Positions 11,317-25,384 of a stretch of DNA of 64,000 nt are shown here, piece after piece. Location: the NCBI RefSeq assembly GCF_006345805.1, contig NC_043007.1, positions 45,694,001 to 45,758,000 of the forward strand, read 5' to 3'. Numbering within the stretch: the stretch's first letter is position 1; every line of letters begins with the position of its first letter. A program made the translations under genes and the position numbers. Source of the DNA: Octopus sinensis. Taxonomy: Eukaryota. The notes below the pieces were generated by a model. That model was not told the DNA's origin and did not search any database. It saw only the letters and a program-made list of their open reading frames with translations.

Positions 11317-11689
11317 TATTGCCCTAGCGATTGGATTCATGTTAATGTGAGTACAAAATTCTATAAACTCTTTAACCTCATAATACAATTGATGTGTATA
11401 TGTACATTATAAGCTGCGCGATGATGTGTTATGTCTTTATGTTGTTGATATCATATTGCAATTAATATCAACGCATATATCATTGTCATAAAAATGTTGA
11501 TGTCAGCACATTAACATCGATGTTAGCGTATTACATGTCGTAAACATATCGATCTCATGATACAAATGATGCCAACATCTTCATAACAAACATATCAATA
11601 AAGCATTGATGTCTCTCTTATCATCATTCAGTAGTTTTCTTTTTATCACGTGTTTTCATTGTACTATCGTTGTGTGCCTTGGCTATATG

Positions 11690-11855
11690 CTTTTTATGTG
11701 GCAGAATCGTTACCGCACCAGGCAAAAGGCTCAGCGGCATTTCGTCCTTCTTCATGTTCTGAGTTCATATGATGCCGAGGTCGACTTTCATCCTTTCGGG
11801 GTCGATAGATTATGCACCAGTGAAACACTGGGGTCAATGAAATCGACTAGTACTC
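11690..11855 (+). mobile_element. SINE copy ending in (ATT)n
   Basis: GAGTTCA..GCCGAGGTCGACTTTCATCCTTTCGGGGTCGAT body. Confidence 0.7.
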
Positions 11856-11860
11856 TCACT

Positions 11861-11861
11861 C

Positions 11862-11949
<88 letters not shown>

Positions 11950-11963
11950 ATCATTATTATTAT
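11861..11963. repeat. (ATT)n microsatellite
   Basis: Directly visible. Confidence 0.95.
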
Positions 11964-12249
11964 TTGATGAAAACTCACAGCTTATTTTTCTGGGTATAAT
12001 GGAAAGTGTCAACTGCCCACTCTACTTCTATAATGGTGTAGAAAGAGACGTGTATTCCACTTGGCCATGCAACCTTGTAAAAATTTGGAGACGACAGGAG
12101 AGATCATATTTATATATATATATATATATATAAATTATATTAAATTAGAGATAAAACCACTATTAGGAATATCAAACAATGAAAAACATAAGCCAATACA
12201 TAAAATTAATTTAATTTATATTATTTTAAATATATATCAAAAGTATTAA

Positions 12250-12720
12250 AAGTATTATCAAGGCCATTGAGTAGCCAGTCACATGGGACACTATCAAACG
12301 CTTTCCTGTAGTCTATTCATGTCATGCTCAGGTTCTTCTTTTTGCTCCAACAATTCTCTACAATCATTTTATTTATGCATAGTAGATCTTTGCATCCATA
12401 AGAATACCTTTCACAACCTTTTTGAGCTTTTAGAATCGAGTTCTGTTCAAGGAAAGTGTATATTCTTTTAGGTAGTATCGATGAGAGAATCTTGTAGGTG
12501 GTGTTGAGACATGTTATTGGTTGGTAGTTCTTTTGATTTTTCATGTCTTCAGTTTTTGGCAGAAGGTATGTTGTTCCTTCTGTCAGCTAAGCAGGGATTT
12601 GGATACTGGATGACATCAGTTAGGGATGCGGCAACTCCTATTGTCTCCTATTTCTGCTCTTCAACTTCATCCAGTCACACTTTCTCACTTTCTATCCAGC
12701 ATTATATTCTTGTTTGCTCT
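12250..12720 (-). pseudogene. R4/Dong-type non-LTR retrotransposon RT fragment
   Basis: NYQPITCLNTTYKILSS...QKGCERYSYGCKDLLCINKMIVENC...LSMT matches the NYRPITCL and QKGC..GCKDQL motifs; stops present. Confidence 0.8.
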
Positions 12721-12723
12721 ATA

Positions 12724-12903
12724 TCTTCTTCTTCTTCTTCTTCTTCTTCTTCTTCTTCTTCTTCTTCTTCTTCTTCTTCTTCTTCTTCTTCTTCTTCTTC
12801 TTCTTCTTCTTCTTCTTCTTCTTCTTCTTCTTCTTCTTCTTCTCCTTCTTCTTCTTCTTCTTCTTCTTCTTCTTCTTCTTCTTCTCCTCCTCCTCTTCCT
12901 TCT
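12724..12903. repeat. (CTT)n microsatellite
   Basis: Directly visible; source of the poly-E/K/R/S/F/L ORFs. Confidence 0.97.
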
Positions 12904-12929
12904 TCTTTTGTTGGAGAAAGGCACGGTTT

Positions 12930-13125
12930 TCTATTATTTGCTTCAGCCATCTGGCTGAGGCCATACTGGAGCACATCGACACCAGGACTTATTCTTTGTA
13001 AGCCTTGTACTTAGTCTATCGGTCTCTTTTGCCGAGCCGCTAAGTTACGGGGTTGTAAACACACCAGCATCGGTTGTGAGGAGAAGTGGGGGCAAATAGA
13101 CACACAACTACGCATATATATATAT

Positions 13126-13161
<36 letters not shown>

Positions 13162-13310
13162 CGACAGGCTTCTTACAGTTTCCGTCTACCAAATCCACTC
13201 ACAAGGATTTTGGTCAGCACAAGGCTGTCGTAGAAGACACCTGTCCAAGGTGGCTACAGTGGGACTGAACCCAGAACCATGTGGTTGTTAAGCATGGTAC
13301 CACAAGTTTT
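12930..13310 (-). mobile_element. tRNA-derived SINE (second family) with internal (AT)n
   Basis: Minus head CCACATGGTTCTGGGTTCAGTCCCACTG; body TTGTGAGTGGATTTGGTAGACGGAAACTG; tail CCCCGTAACTTAGCGGCTCGGCAAAAGAGACC. Confidence 0.85.
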
Positions 13311-14079
13311 ACATTTCCTCCTAAAGTGTGATTGTGTTAACTGTTTCTTTAGGCTTGTTTTTTCCTTCCTGTTTTGTTCGACCCAAATGACAGAGAAAAA
13401 AAATTTCACTATCCTTCAAAGAAAAACTTGGATCTCAACGGAGAAATAATAATATTCACAGGAGACGAATATTACACAGAGTTAATTGAAAAGAGGCTAA
13501 TGGAAACAAAGCGTAAAAAGGAGGCAAAAACATGAATGCATGAATGTACTAAGCGTCAGTTTTACTATCAACAGCAGGTTTGTAGCCATGGAAACAGCAG
13601 AGGATTTAAGAGAGGAAAAATATTTGGTGCCGTCTGCTTCGAATCAGCTCGCAGATACTGATGAAGAAAATTGACAACAGCGGCAATAATAATTTCAAAA
13701 CCATCGATAATAACAAAATTAACAATCATAACAAGGACAAGAGCAAAAGCAAGGACAAAAACAACAACATGCGCCAGTCCAACGATAACGGCAGCAACAA
13801 CAGCATTACGATTCGTCATAGTACCACCAGTAGCAACACAAACAGCAACAGGCGATGCATTATCAACATAACAAAAACCATCTTATTGGCAAATGTTATA
13901 AGGGTGTGTAAAATATGCCTTTCAGAGGGAGTTCTTTAAGGAAAAGAGACAGTCTGGTGCCCTAAAACCAGGTAAGGAAGGAAGGCTTTGTGAAAGAACT
14001 CTAATCTCCAAATGCATGAAAAAAATTGAAGAATAGAGAATTGGTCCCCGATTCCTACTCCAAAAATGTTTGTGACATG

Positions 14080-15046
14080 TCTAGGCTTTGATATGGCACT
14101 TGAAGCGATATTTGATATGGCATTTGAAGAAGTCTTGAAGTTTCAATGGTATTGAAGCCAATGCTCCGATCACCACTGGCATCACTTTTACATTACCCTC
14201 TCTCATTCCAAAAGGCTTGTCATTTCCACTTTCAATTCGGAGTATTTGGTGATTTTTTCAACCTCTTTACTCACAACATTCATGTAATTTGGTATGGCTA
14301 AATTAATGATCTGATAGTAAATGTCTCTCTTATTCAATATGACAATATCTGGCCGACGGTGTTCGATTACACAATCCATCTGAAAATCATAGTCTCAAAG
14401 TACCATTATTTTTCCATTCTCCTATATTGGTAGTTACAGTATAAGAGCCAAAGAAGATACACACGCACTTTATCGGGGCGGCGCTTGTATTCTTTTTGTG
14501 CCAGACTTTCACATCCACTTACCAAGTGGGTTACATTTCCACACACTTTCCACGGAGTCTGCATTTTAGGGTGTCTGAAGTTTTATACATGTTATACTTC
14601 ACTGAATTGGTAGCGACAGCCTGGTCTTCAGCAGCAATGGTCTGGCTCTCGGTGGTACGATTCAAATCGCCTCGCTCAAGCCATTCCCACGATTCTGTAT
14701 TATCCTTAACGTCTTGTTTATTCCTTTCAAACTATCCATGCATTCTCATTTCTAGAAGGTCTTCTTTTCTCATCTCCTCAGCTCTTTAGTTAAACTCTTC
14801 CTTGCTCATCATTGCATCTGCATTTACACCCATATGCTTTGCGGAATATTGCAGCAGGTTTCATCACTATTTATCAAATATTCGGCAAGCGTTCTCCCTG
14901 TACTCCTTATACAATGGTCTATAATAATTAGTCCTCTGCCATCACTCTTTCTTTCCATATACAGCTTGTTTAAGTCTGCTTTAGGGTGTAGCGCCCCATG
15001 CAGCCTCATCAACTTTCTCGTCCTTCTATCCAGTGTTGATATTTCC

Positions 15047-15047
<1 letters not shown>
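14080..15047 (-). pseudogene. R4/Dong-type LINE 3' fragment (RT thumb to restriction-like endonuclease)
   Basis: LDRRTRKLMRLHGALHPKADLNKLYMERKSDGRGL; later VIEHRRPDIVIL and PVVIGALASIP. Confidence 0.8.
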
Positions 15048-15087
<40 letters not shown>

Positions 15088-15095
15088 CATTATTA

Positions 15096-15142
<47 letters not shown>

Positions 15143-15146
15143 GTTA

Positions 15147-15178
<32 letters not shown>

Positions 15179-15181
15179 GTA

Positions 15182-15270
<89 letters not shown>
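15048..15270. repeat. (ATT)n microsatellite between two LINE fragments
   Basis: Directly visible. Confidence 0.97.
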
Positions 15271-15299
15271 CTTATTTGTATTTCAACAGCTTCTAACGC

Positions 15300-16090
15300 T
15301 AGATATATCGTATTCAGCTGTTCACTATCAGTGAACTAAGATAGCACTCCTTATAGTTCGAGCACCATCCCGAATATTCGAGCGGTTCCAAGCAGTGGTG
15401 TTTTCTGCTGGTGCCCCACCCTTATTGCAGTCCCTATTTGTTCCATCTACTCTGCAAGATTTTTACTCACAGTTCCCAGGGCTCTGACAATTATTGGTAC
15501 TACTACCACCGTTTTCCCCGACCACAACTGCTTAACATTCCAAGCTAACCTGTTATATCTATCGACTTTGCTTTCGTCCTTATCACACACCTTGTCAGCT
15601 GGGCATGCACTATCTATGAACCAGCATCGTTTGCTTTCTTTCTCAATTACGACTATGTCTCGTTTCCTATTCTCTATCTCACTGAATCATAGAATATTTG
15701 TATTATCATTTTCGGTGATATCTTCGGGTTTATGTACTGTTTTTTTGCTCTGTCCAGTCCATACTTGTTGTAAAGTATACAATGGAAAATCCTTGCTATA
15801 TTGTCATGAAGTCTCTTATATTCCTTCTGGGCTAGTGTCGTACACTGACTGGCACTATGCCACAGTGTTTCACCGTTTTGTCCATAAATTCTGCTCTTAT
15901 CACTTTCTGATGTACTGTCTATTCTATATTTGATGTACTTGATTCATAATGCTTGCTCCTGGGCAGCACATATTAGCGCCTCCGTTTCCTCTTTTAAATC
16001 ATTTTTAGTCATCCATAACCATCTTTTTTCTCTGTCTGTCACATCTTAAACATCACTATGAAATTGTCCATGCATTCTTTTCTGTCGAAG
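15300..16090 (-). pseudogene. R4/Dong-type LINE 3' end (decayed CCHC knuckle and PD-(D/E)xK endonuclease)
   Basis: GETLWHSASQCTTLAQKEYKRLHDNIAR; KRDIVVIEKESKRCWFIDSACPAD; 3' end runs into (AAT)n. Confidence 0.8.
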
Positions 16091-17188
16091 TCGTCTTTGC
16101 TTTCCACCCTATCGGGGTAGTTGGAAAAAGTGCCAGTTAAGCAATGAATCGATGTAATCGACTAACCACCCCCTCAATATCGCGCCTTGTGCCTACAGTA
16201 GAAAGGATTTAATTATTATTATTGTTTTAAAGATAGTGGGCTATCTGAAACGTTAAAGCATCGGACAAATTTCCCTGTGTTAGTCATTGCTACCCTTTAG
16301 GTTCACGTTTAAATCACGGAAATTAACCTCGTCTGCTGTACTTTCAGGTTCTATAAAATAAACTATCATTCTCTTTCCGTATAATCCTCTTCAGTATTGG
16401 AATTTCGTAGAAAAACTATTAAGAAATTATCGACTATTTTGTTTTCGTTAAGAATTCTGTCAGGAGTATTAAAGAAAGCTGTTTTTGAAAGTTTTTTTCC
16501 CTCCTGTTTAATTGTGATAATATTGATTTTGTTGTTGATTTTTCGTTTCTACTTTGAGCACGAAATTAGACACAATGGCTACCTCGTTTGATAACGATAA
16601 CAACTTCCTTTCTTCCAAAGAATGGGAATATTTTTAATGTTAATAATGTTAAAAACTTTTTGTAAATGTTGCTTGTACGAGAATCAAATTTAACACGGAC
16701 AGCATAGAAAATAGAAAATAATATCGTGGACATGTGCGACAGCGCTCTGGTAACATGGACGAAAATGCAAAATGGGCATGTTGAGCAGAACTTAATGAAA
16801 AACGACAACGCTGGCAAAATTTGTTGAAGGTTTCATTACAAATGCTGTAGTTCCAGTTATGAGATTTGATTTAGAATTAATAGTGGAATGGAAATGAAGA
16901 AATTCGGAAATACTCAAGTGTGGGAAAATGTATTCTTCTTCAAAAACATAATCAGCAGAGAATGAAAAAATGATAGTAGAATATTTCTAGCATAATAATA
17001 ACAATAATTTTAAGAACAGAACTTATTCACTTAAAGGCGTTGCTTCACATTGGCCGTGACTGCAGAAGCTTAAAGCAAAGCCAAAATCTAAAGGAAATGT
17101 GAGGATATTGTGAACAAGTTGGTAAATAACTACTCTTACGATAAAAGTATCGAATGATGAAAAACAAAATGGGAATGTAGTAGAGGAA

Positions 17189-17219
<31 letters not shown>

Positions 17220-17576
17220 AACAAACCCGAAAGTCTATGCTAGTTGCGGAGAGAAAGCTACTACGGAAGGTTCATAGTATAATAACTGTATATAATATAT
17301 AACATAATGATATTTATTCTCCGATTTTAAGCGACAATTTTTAAATATAAACAGGTGACTGAAAATGATGAGCTAAACTCGGGCAGAATCAAACGCACAC
17401 ACCGACGCTTTCATGGGTCCTTGCGAATCGAATTGACCAGACGCTCACCCATCAATTTCAGTCAAATTTATTTAATATATACTTAAACTCTCTTGATACT
17501 ACATAAATATTTATACTACATAATATTTTCATCAAAATTGGAGAATAAATATTATTATGATTTATATTATATACAG

Positions 17577-17618
<42 letters not shown>

Positions 17619-20137
17619 TCATGCACACGCATGCCGAAACACAGACACAGACAAGTCATCGTTTACATTTCAACCCAAACTATGTAAAAATTACTAGTCC
17701 GTACTCGATATATTTCTATGCTTATGTTCCGACATGGTTGAAAATATATTCGCACGTGAGAGACAACTTGGGTCTATAGTGAGCTTAAGTCCTTTATCTT
17801 CCATCGACCACGTTCCTTATTTACTTCTTTAATTGTTATGAATGAAGATGTGTCTGTATTCGTTTTGTATAGAAAATTAATTGAAAAATAACTCGAACAC
17901 TATTCAGAATGTGGTTTCGTGAATATGTTCTAAATCTTGTACATAATGTGAGATGGATAATAGTTAGAAATTTTGAATTAAAATACCTTGTGTATACTTT
18001 TTATACATTAATATTGTATTTATACTTTAACTATAAATTTTATACATTTCTAATAAAATTTTGAAATATGTTTGAATGCTTCAAATTTAGTGAAAAAAAA
18101 CCCCTGAAATCATTTGTATTTAGGATTTGTGAATCAGTGTAAAATACATTAACCATGTAATGTTTGACTTTGAAATATAATTTTAAAGATTGCTAAAGAA
18201 AATATAGTCGTACTAGAAGTCGATCGTTCATAAAGTTAAAGAATTGAATAATTAAACCAATTTTTAAATTTCATATATATTGCATAGAAATTAATGACGA
18301 ATCTAATAGCAATAGAACTAGACAAGAGACGCCTGGAAATGAGCTGTCCAGATAATTTCAGGATGATCAGTATCGTTCTGTGAATTATATTCAGAATGGG
18401 AAATTGAAAAGAAATAACACAAAATACGAAAAATACAAACGAAGTGAAGAAATCCAAACAGTAAGAAGAGAAATGAAGTATCGTTCTTGACGGTTATTCA
18501 TTAACACGCTAAGTTTGAACGGAGCTAATGTGCTTGTTACTAGATTACTGCTCAAGTTTGTATTACATAGCATAGTAAAACGGAAGCTAATAGCTGAAAA
18601 ATGAATCTTTTTAACACACTGACCGGAAACCGCGGCAGTAAGCAAATATCTATATCCTTCATATTTGATAATCTAACTTGACAAGCAAACGGTGGAGTAT
18701 TGGATTCCATTACTATTGACACTGGCATTCGTCAGTAAATGAGCCATCTTAGAATGGACCAATCATCATACAGGCGTCCAATAATAACAATAGCGTGAAG
18801 AGTTGCAGCAGCTGTAATAACACGACAGTATCAGTATGGGATTGATGATACTCATGACGATAACTGTAAGTTAAATACTGATTATATTCCTTGTTTTACA
18901 GTAGCACAGCATATACTTCTTCGTTTCGGATAACGAATAACCATTTAGCTGTTACAGTTGCCGAGAAAACACGCGACATTATCGAATGTATCATGAGTTA
19001 CATTTGGATTCGTTTTACAATCTATATTAACGATAACGTTCATGGCGATTCTTGTGCATTGTTTTTGTTGTTGTCGCTCTTGTTTATCTATAGTCATTAT
19101 TGATCCCATGTCTGTGTATTCAGTCCACGATCAGCTAATTTGTTGTTCTTGTCAGTGGCACTGTATTCCGAAGTGAATTATTGAAAGTCATTTTCTAAGC
19201 CAGTTCGATGTATTTTGACGGAGATTAGTTGCTATTTCTAGGAGATTGATCGACTGTAGGGAGATTCCTTCTTTGGCTCATTTTTTGTTGGTTAGATTAC
19301 AAAGACTAGGGTAATGTTTGTGATGTGTAAATATATGAATATGTATGATATGGTGAGAAAGACATCAGTGAATGCGAAGATGAGCCGTGCTTGAGAAGGT
19401 GTGCTTCTAATAGACATATTCATGACGCAGTAGTGAACACAAATTTTACCAAAAACTGCAAACAATTCAATTTGGCAATTAGTATTTCTAACCTTAATTG
19501 CCTGCCCCTAGTAACAGTATTATTTGTTTGTAGTCAAATTTATTCGTTCAGCGAAACACTCGACCATTTTTAACATACAGATTTGGTCCCGCTTCGATTT
19601 CCCTTTCTTAACGATACATTAGAGTCCTCTGCAATCTGAGGCTGTTAGCTATTTTGCAAACACTTATCTGTTACATAAGTGTCTCCATATAGTTATTTCC
19701 ATTAGGGCGCATTTTTACCATTTGTGATAGTTATGCCAACTTTAGAAAAGTTACATAAAATACTAAATAATAGAATTTTTTAATAAGAAACAAAACTCTA
19801 AAACTTAATGGCTAGTCATAAATCTCCAAGGTGCTACATTTGTATGCTTTATGTAATAACAAATTGGTAATTGAAATACATCCAAATCGATCGATGCCAA
19901 GGTATTTATCATGTTAAGCAGCTACAATGCGTACATATATTATTGACGGGAAGAACTCACAAACTGAGGGAAATCTGATTTGGTTTAATTATATTCAGTA
20001 CACATAAGTGTGGCTAGACGGGAAGTCTATGAGACAACTAATCATTGTTTATATTTGCTGTAGTACTATGTGCACTTTTATAAGAGAAACAAAAATAAAC
20101 TATAATTCATTCAATCAATCAATCAGTCAATTTACCA

Positions 20138-20198
<61 letters not shown>

Positions 20199-20270
20199 CC
20201 TACCACTTTCTCTATTAATGTACATACATACACACCTGCATACGCACATACATACATATATACATACATA

Positions 20271-23216
20271 TCTATAAATATAAAAGAGAATTTGTATGCG
20301 TATGTGCGCGTTGGTTCCTTATTCATTCCAAAACCGAGCTGCCGATTTTGACATATGGGGGTTATCAAAAGATTCAGTAAGCTTTTGGCTACCAACTAAA
20401 CTATATTTTCATTCACATATTTGCATTACAAAAATGTAACATTATCATTTTTGTTTTGGTCACCTATCGTAAACGATATTTTATATCATCACTACAACGG
20501 CGATGACGTCACATTTTCTATACGAATGTGTTCGCGCGTTTGTTACCTACGTTAGGCCGATGACTGACAATATATGTGTGTAATGGTGTATGTATCTGTC
20601 AATATACATATTTTTGTGACGACTGACACACACACACATACACACATATCTAAAGACAGACACAGATACACACAGGGTCAGAGATAGGCTTCAGGTGTAC
20701 GTTAATGTGTGTTTGTGTGTGTCTTAGTGTATGTATGTCACTCTCCCAACCGTGAAACGCGCCGATATTGATAGTTTATTTCCGGCCTGGATTTTAAAGG
20801 AACAACAATGTTCACTTTGAAGTACTACCAACATAAAGACTCATAAATATAACTGAAAAAATGTTATTCTGGTTATTTGGAAACTTGGAAACTTGGCGAA
20901 GCAGGAATTCTCAGCAGTTTTTTCAGTATAATTACAGAAATGTTTTTCCACTCCTTCTAACCAGTTTCAAGATAACGCTTGAATCCTCGTATTCGTTCTA
21001 TGATTCTCCATCGCTGTGAATATCAACGTCGCACAACCTTTTTACTGTGTTCAGTATTTATTCTACAGTTTATAATGTTACACAGTTAAAAAATATATAG
21101 TAATGTCAAATTAATTTATATCTTGTTACATACATCCTTCAGCAATTATTTTAAATTAACAACATCTTCCTTTCTATAACACTTGGTTCAGCGTTCGTTT
21201 CAAAATTGTAAAAGGAAGTATTTTTGTACGAAAATTTGAATTATGCCTTCTGAATTTTCTTGGAGTTTCACTTTCTTCACCATGATATTCAATCGTGAAT
21301 TTTATATCATATGTTCCAAATAACCGTTGATTTCCTGTACTTTCTTACATTGGTGACGCATACTAACTTTTCCTAAATTGGTGATTTTCCATATTTTTAT
21401 AGCATAACTATTCTACAGAAAGTATATTTTGCACCTATATTGACTATATTTCGTTTCGCTTGAACTTCGTGTGTGTACGTTTTGCTGTTTTCAATATTAT
21501 CAATTCAATGAGTGTGTATGTGTGTGTGTTTCTGCGTTCGTTACGTCTATAGTAAACTATAGTAAAGGACATGTTACGCTGTTTTAATGAGCCCACATCT
21601 AATGAAGTAGCTATCCTTATGGCTGGGGGTCCTATTGAAAATCATGATAGTCTTAGTGATGTTCGAGATAACCTTAAACGTGTTTTACTGACTCACCCCT
21701 CTTATGATGCCCTCTCTGTGGAAATGACAAGATGAGTATCATTTCGATATTCCACGGATTGAAGTTGCAACAGGATAACGAATTACAAACAAAATGGTGT
21801 AGTCAAATGACTTCTATTCTTACCAACTGATGTTAAGACCAGAACGATCAAATCAGTTGCAGATGTCAAATAAACTTTATTTTCATTTACATATTTTCTA
21901 CGTTATCTCAACAACCAGCTATAGTTATTTCAAATATACTTCTCTACAATGACCAGGTTTCATTAAAAATTAAAATAGTTTCACACTTCCAATTTGAACC
22001 AAAATTACAGTGTTGCATTACGAGAGTGACGATGTGTGAATAATGAAAGTAATGTTTCTCCGAATTAGTCACTTCTGTATTATATAAAAGGAAGCTATTT
22101 ATTATCTATCTACTAAATAAACTATATTTTTGACTCAACAACTCTTTTTTAAAACTAAAATAAAATCAGCAACTAGGTTTGGTCGCACAATTTTGATGTC
22201 ATTTCCTGAAAATATTTCAATTTGCTTCTAATGATTCACTTTCGTCCGATGTTTCATGCATGCGTAGATTTCTACTCAGACAAACATTTATGAAAATGTA
22301 CACGTAAATGTTTTATTAAAATAAGCCACAACCCAAAAATTTCATTAAAAGACACCAGTTTTTCTATATGTTATGAGGAATACAATCAATCTCTCTCTTT
22401 CTCTCTCACGCACAAAAAAAGATGTAGATGTATGCACATATATTTATGGGCGAAAGGGTTTAGCTGTTTAGGATTAGGCTTACGCGGAAAACGGATGGTG
22501 TGCATGTACGTGTATATGAAAGATAATGTGTGTGTGTGAAAGAGAGAGAGAGAGGGATCGAGTGCCACTTACACATGTATGTAAAGAAATTCATACATCA
22601 CAACACACACTTCTCACTCACTCACTCAATCTTTCTCAGCCTCTCTCACGCATATTCATTTCTTATACACGTACACCTTACACTTTAGCCTCTCTTTTAC
22701 TTGAAAGCAAGCATCGCCTTTTCACTTTATCCTCTCTTTCAATTTCTGCTCTCTTCAAAGTATACAAATATTAAAAAAAAAATTACGGAAATTAACGAAT
22801 AATCATATGATCCCATATATGTCGTGTTGACAACTTTGCTTCTTCATACGAAAGAATACCATAAAATAACTTCATTTCACACATACACAAACACACACAC
22901 ACACTCTGGGTAAATCTTCTGTGTGAATTATGTTATTTCCTGCAGTGTGCACGCGCAGATTTACAGCTCAAATCGAATTGGAATAATCTTTTCCTATTGT
23001 GAAATTTCTGTTTGTGATGGGCGTATTTAAAAACTTGATCTTTCTGGTGGTGGTATATTTTAGGTCTATTATTTCAGTAGAACTCTACGTATGCGGGAAA
23101 CATCAAACAATAATGAAAATGTGAGATTTTAGCTTTTTGAAATCTGGTAGGTGATGGGTGTGCGACGTTGGAAGAAGCGGGATTGAATGTTTCTTTCAAA
23201 AAAAATTAAACTATAA

Positions 23217-23269
<53 letters not shown>

Positions 23270-23270
23270 A

Positions 23271-23313
<43 letters not shown>

Positions 23314-23473
23314 ATATATGTATATATATATGTATAAATATATATATCTATATATATATATATAAGATATATATATATATTATATATGTATATATATATA
23401 TATATGTATATATATATTTATTATATAGAAGGAGCTTCTACAGGACTAGTACTGTTTCATTCAAGAGAAATCT

Positions 23474-23509
<36 letters not shown>

Positions 23510-23515
23510 TAATAT

Positions 23516-23572
<57 letters not shown>

Positions 23573-23911
23573 ATATAATATATATATATATATACATACA
23601 TATACACACACACACAAATACACACACATATATTTCCCAAATTTTGAAAACGGGATTTCCGGACAAACTGGTTTTAACCCTCTTTTATACGATGAAAAAA
23701 TACATATTTTCTGATGTTTCTCAAGAACAGAAAGCACTTTCATGCAAACTCATGCAAATTGTATACTCACCCTTCATATTAAACAAACAATAACTACCAT
23801 TATTCCATTAACTATATATCAGCTGTGCTGATTCTGCCCCTAAGAAAGGAGCAAATAATACAATGTGCGTCTAGGTCGTATCACCCGGGTAACGCCGGGA
23901 TACATTGCTAG
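20271..23911 (+). mobile_element. Non-autonomous Helitron (~3.6 kb) with Rep remnant
   Basis: A|TCTATAAATATAAAAGAGAAT 5' end; 3' hairpin CCCGG-GTAACG-CCGGG then CTAG|T; internal Rep fragment in the same orientation. Confidence 0.65.
21570..21890 (+). pseudogene. Helitron Rep/helicase N-terminal remnant
   Basis: FNEPTSNEVAILMAG, THPSYDAL and FYSYQLMLRP match Helitron motifs (NAPT..EVA, HRSYDAL, FYAYRLMIR); frameshifted. Confidence 0.75.
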
Positions 23912-23913
23912 TC

Positions 23914-23963
<50 letters not shown>

Positions 23964-24796
23964 TATGCACATACAAACTTACACACGCATATATGTATAC
24001 ATATTCCCTCTACAAAGTTACTTAACATAGCATGCGGAGCGCACCATATTCATCTAATATTAAACTCACAAAAGATGATTTAAACAATTATAAGTGCCTT
24101 CACAAATTACCTATAATACCAATATTATAAGTATACCTTATTTCCTCGTCATATAAAAGAAAGTAAATTTATCTTAAGGCAAAACTATATAATTTTATAT
24201 AAAGGCTAAGTAGTTTTAGCTAAAATAATACTTTATATTATGGATGGTAAGTAAAATTTTCCTAAAAGATCATGAGATAACAGTAATATATTCAATTGAA
24301 CTCAACAGACAGTATTCAGGTTTGTAAGAGAAAACAATAGACATAAACAATAAGATGAAAGAAGACTATGCCCTTTGCAACTTCAAGGGATTGCAGACAT
24401 ATATTTTTACATAAATGTAGTGAAATCGAATGAGAACGCACACACACACACAAACACACGCATATACATACACATATCAAATATCTATATGAATCTATAT
24501 TAATGCTAATAAGTTAGTTAATAAAATTATTAGATCAAGAAACGAAATAGAAAATATATTTACAAAGTGATAAAGAATAAATGAAAATGGAAGCGAGGAA
24601 GTGTTGTATGGCCATATCATATATTTCACTACCACGTGTTTCCGAGTTCTATTTCACAGTACGTTGTACTAGTAGGACTATTGTATCATACTTTCGAATG
24701 CACCATAAAATTTGAGTAGGATTTTGAAAAGACAAAGAATGCCGTCTTCATCAAGTATATATATATATATATATATACATATATATGTATATATAT

Positions 24797-25343
24797 AATG
24801 GTTGTATACTGTCAATCTAACAAGAACGTGACAGTAGGGGGTACACCACCGCTGTATAGCCCTAGGAGGCATCGAACGCCTCCTGATAGCTTTGACACAT
24901 TTTTTCCTGTGTCCTTATATACGTATACGAAGGGGAGACAAACACCCCCGGCTGCCGGGAGATTTAGAATTCAATATTTCTTATTTTGATAATCAGTGAA
25001 TAAACTTCACTGATATAATATATACAATTACGAAGTCAGGCAAATATCACCAGCTAACCGGTGTCTGCCCATCTAGGCCGATGAGGACAACGATCCTGAA
25101 ACACGGTGTCCCTAGATGCAGTTCCGGCAGCCGGGGGTGTTTGTCTCCCCTTCGTATACGTATATAAGGACACAGAAATAAATGTATCAAAGCTATCAGG
25201 AGGCGTTCGATGCCTCCTAGGGCTATACAGCGGTGGTGTACCCCCTACTGTCATGTTCTTGTGAGATTGACAGTATACAACCATTCTATCGCTCCACCAC
25301 CGTACATGTCTCTACGAGAGATTTAGAAATTCAATATTTCTTA

Positions 25344-25345
<2 letters not shown>
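24797..25345 (+). mobile_element. Second copy of the 361-nt retrozyme-like family: circularly permuted 359-nt unit plus 162-bp inverted 5' arm
   Basis: Forward unit 24959-25317 with terminal repeat GAGATTTAGAA(A)TTCAATATTTCTTAT; 24797-24958 is the reverse complement of 25124-25285. Confidence 0.8.
25071..25117 (+). ncRNA. Type I hammerhead ribozyme
   Basis: ATCTAGG-CCGATGA-GGA caacga TCC-T-GAAA-CACGGTG-TC^CCTAGAT; 7-bp stem I. Confidence 0.65.

Positions 25346-25384
<39 letters not shown>

Noticed and set aside
12511-13014. Long ORFs with poly-S/E/K/R/F/L
   Set aside because: All are translations of the (CTT)n array in six frames.
18362-18460. 99-nt candidate exon (TTTCAG|...|GTAAGA, open in phase 0)
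   Set aside because: No partner exons or homology can be shown, and such sites arise often by chance in AT-rich DNA.
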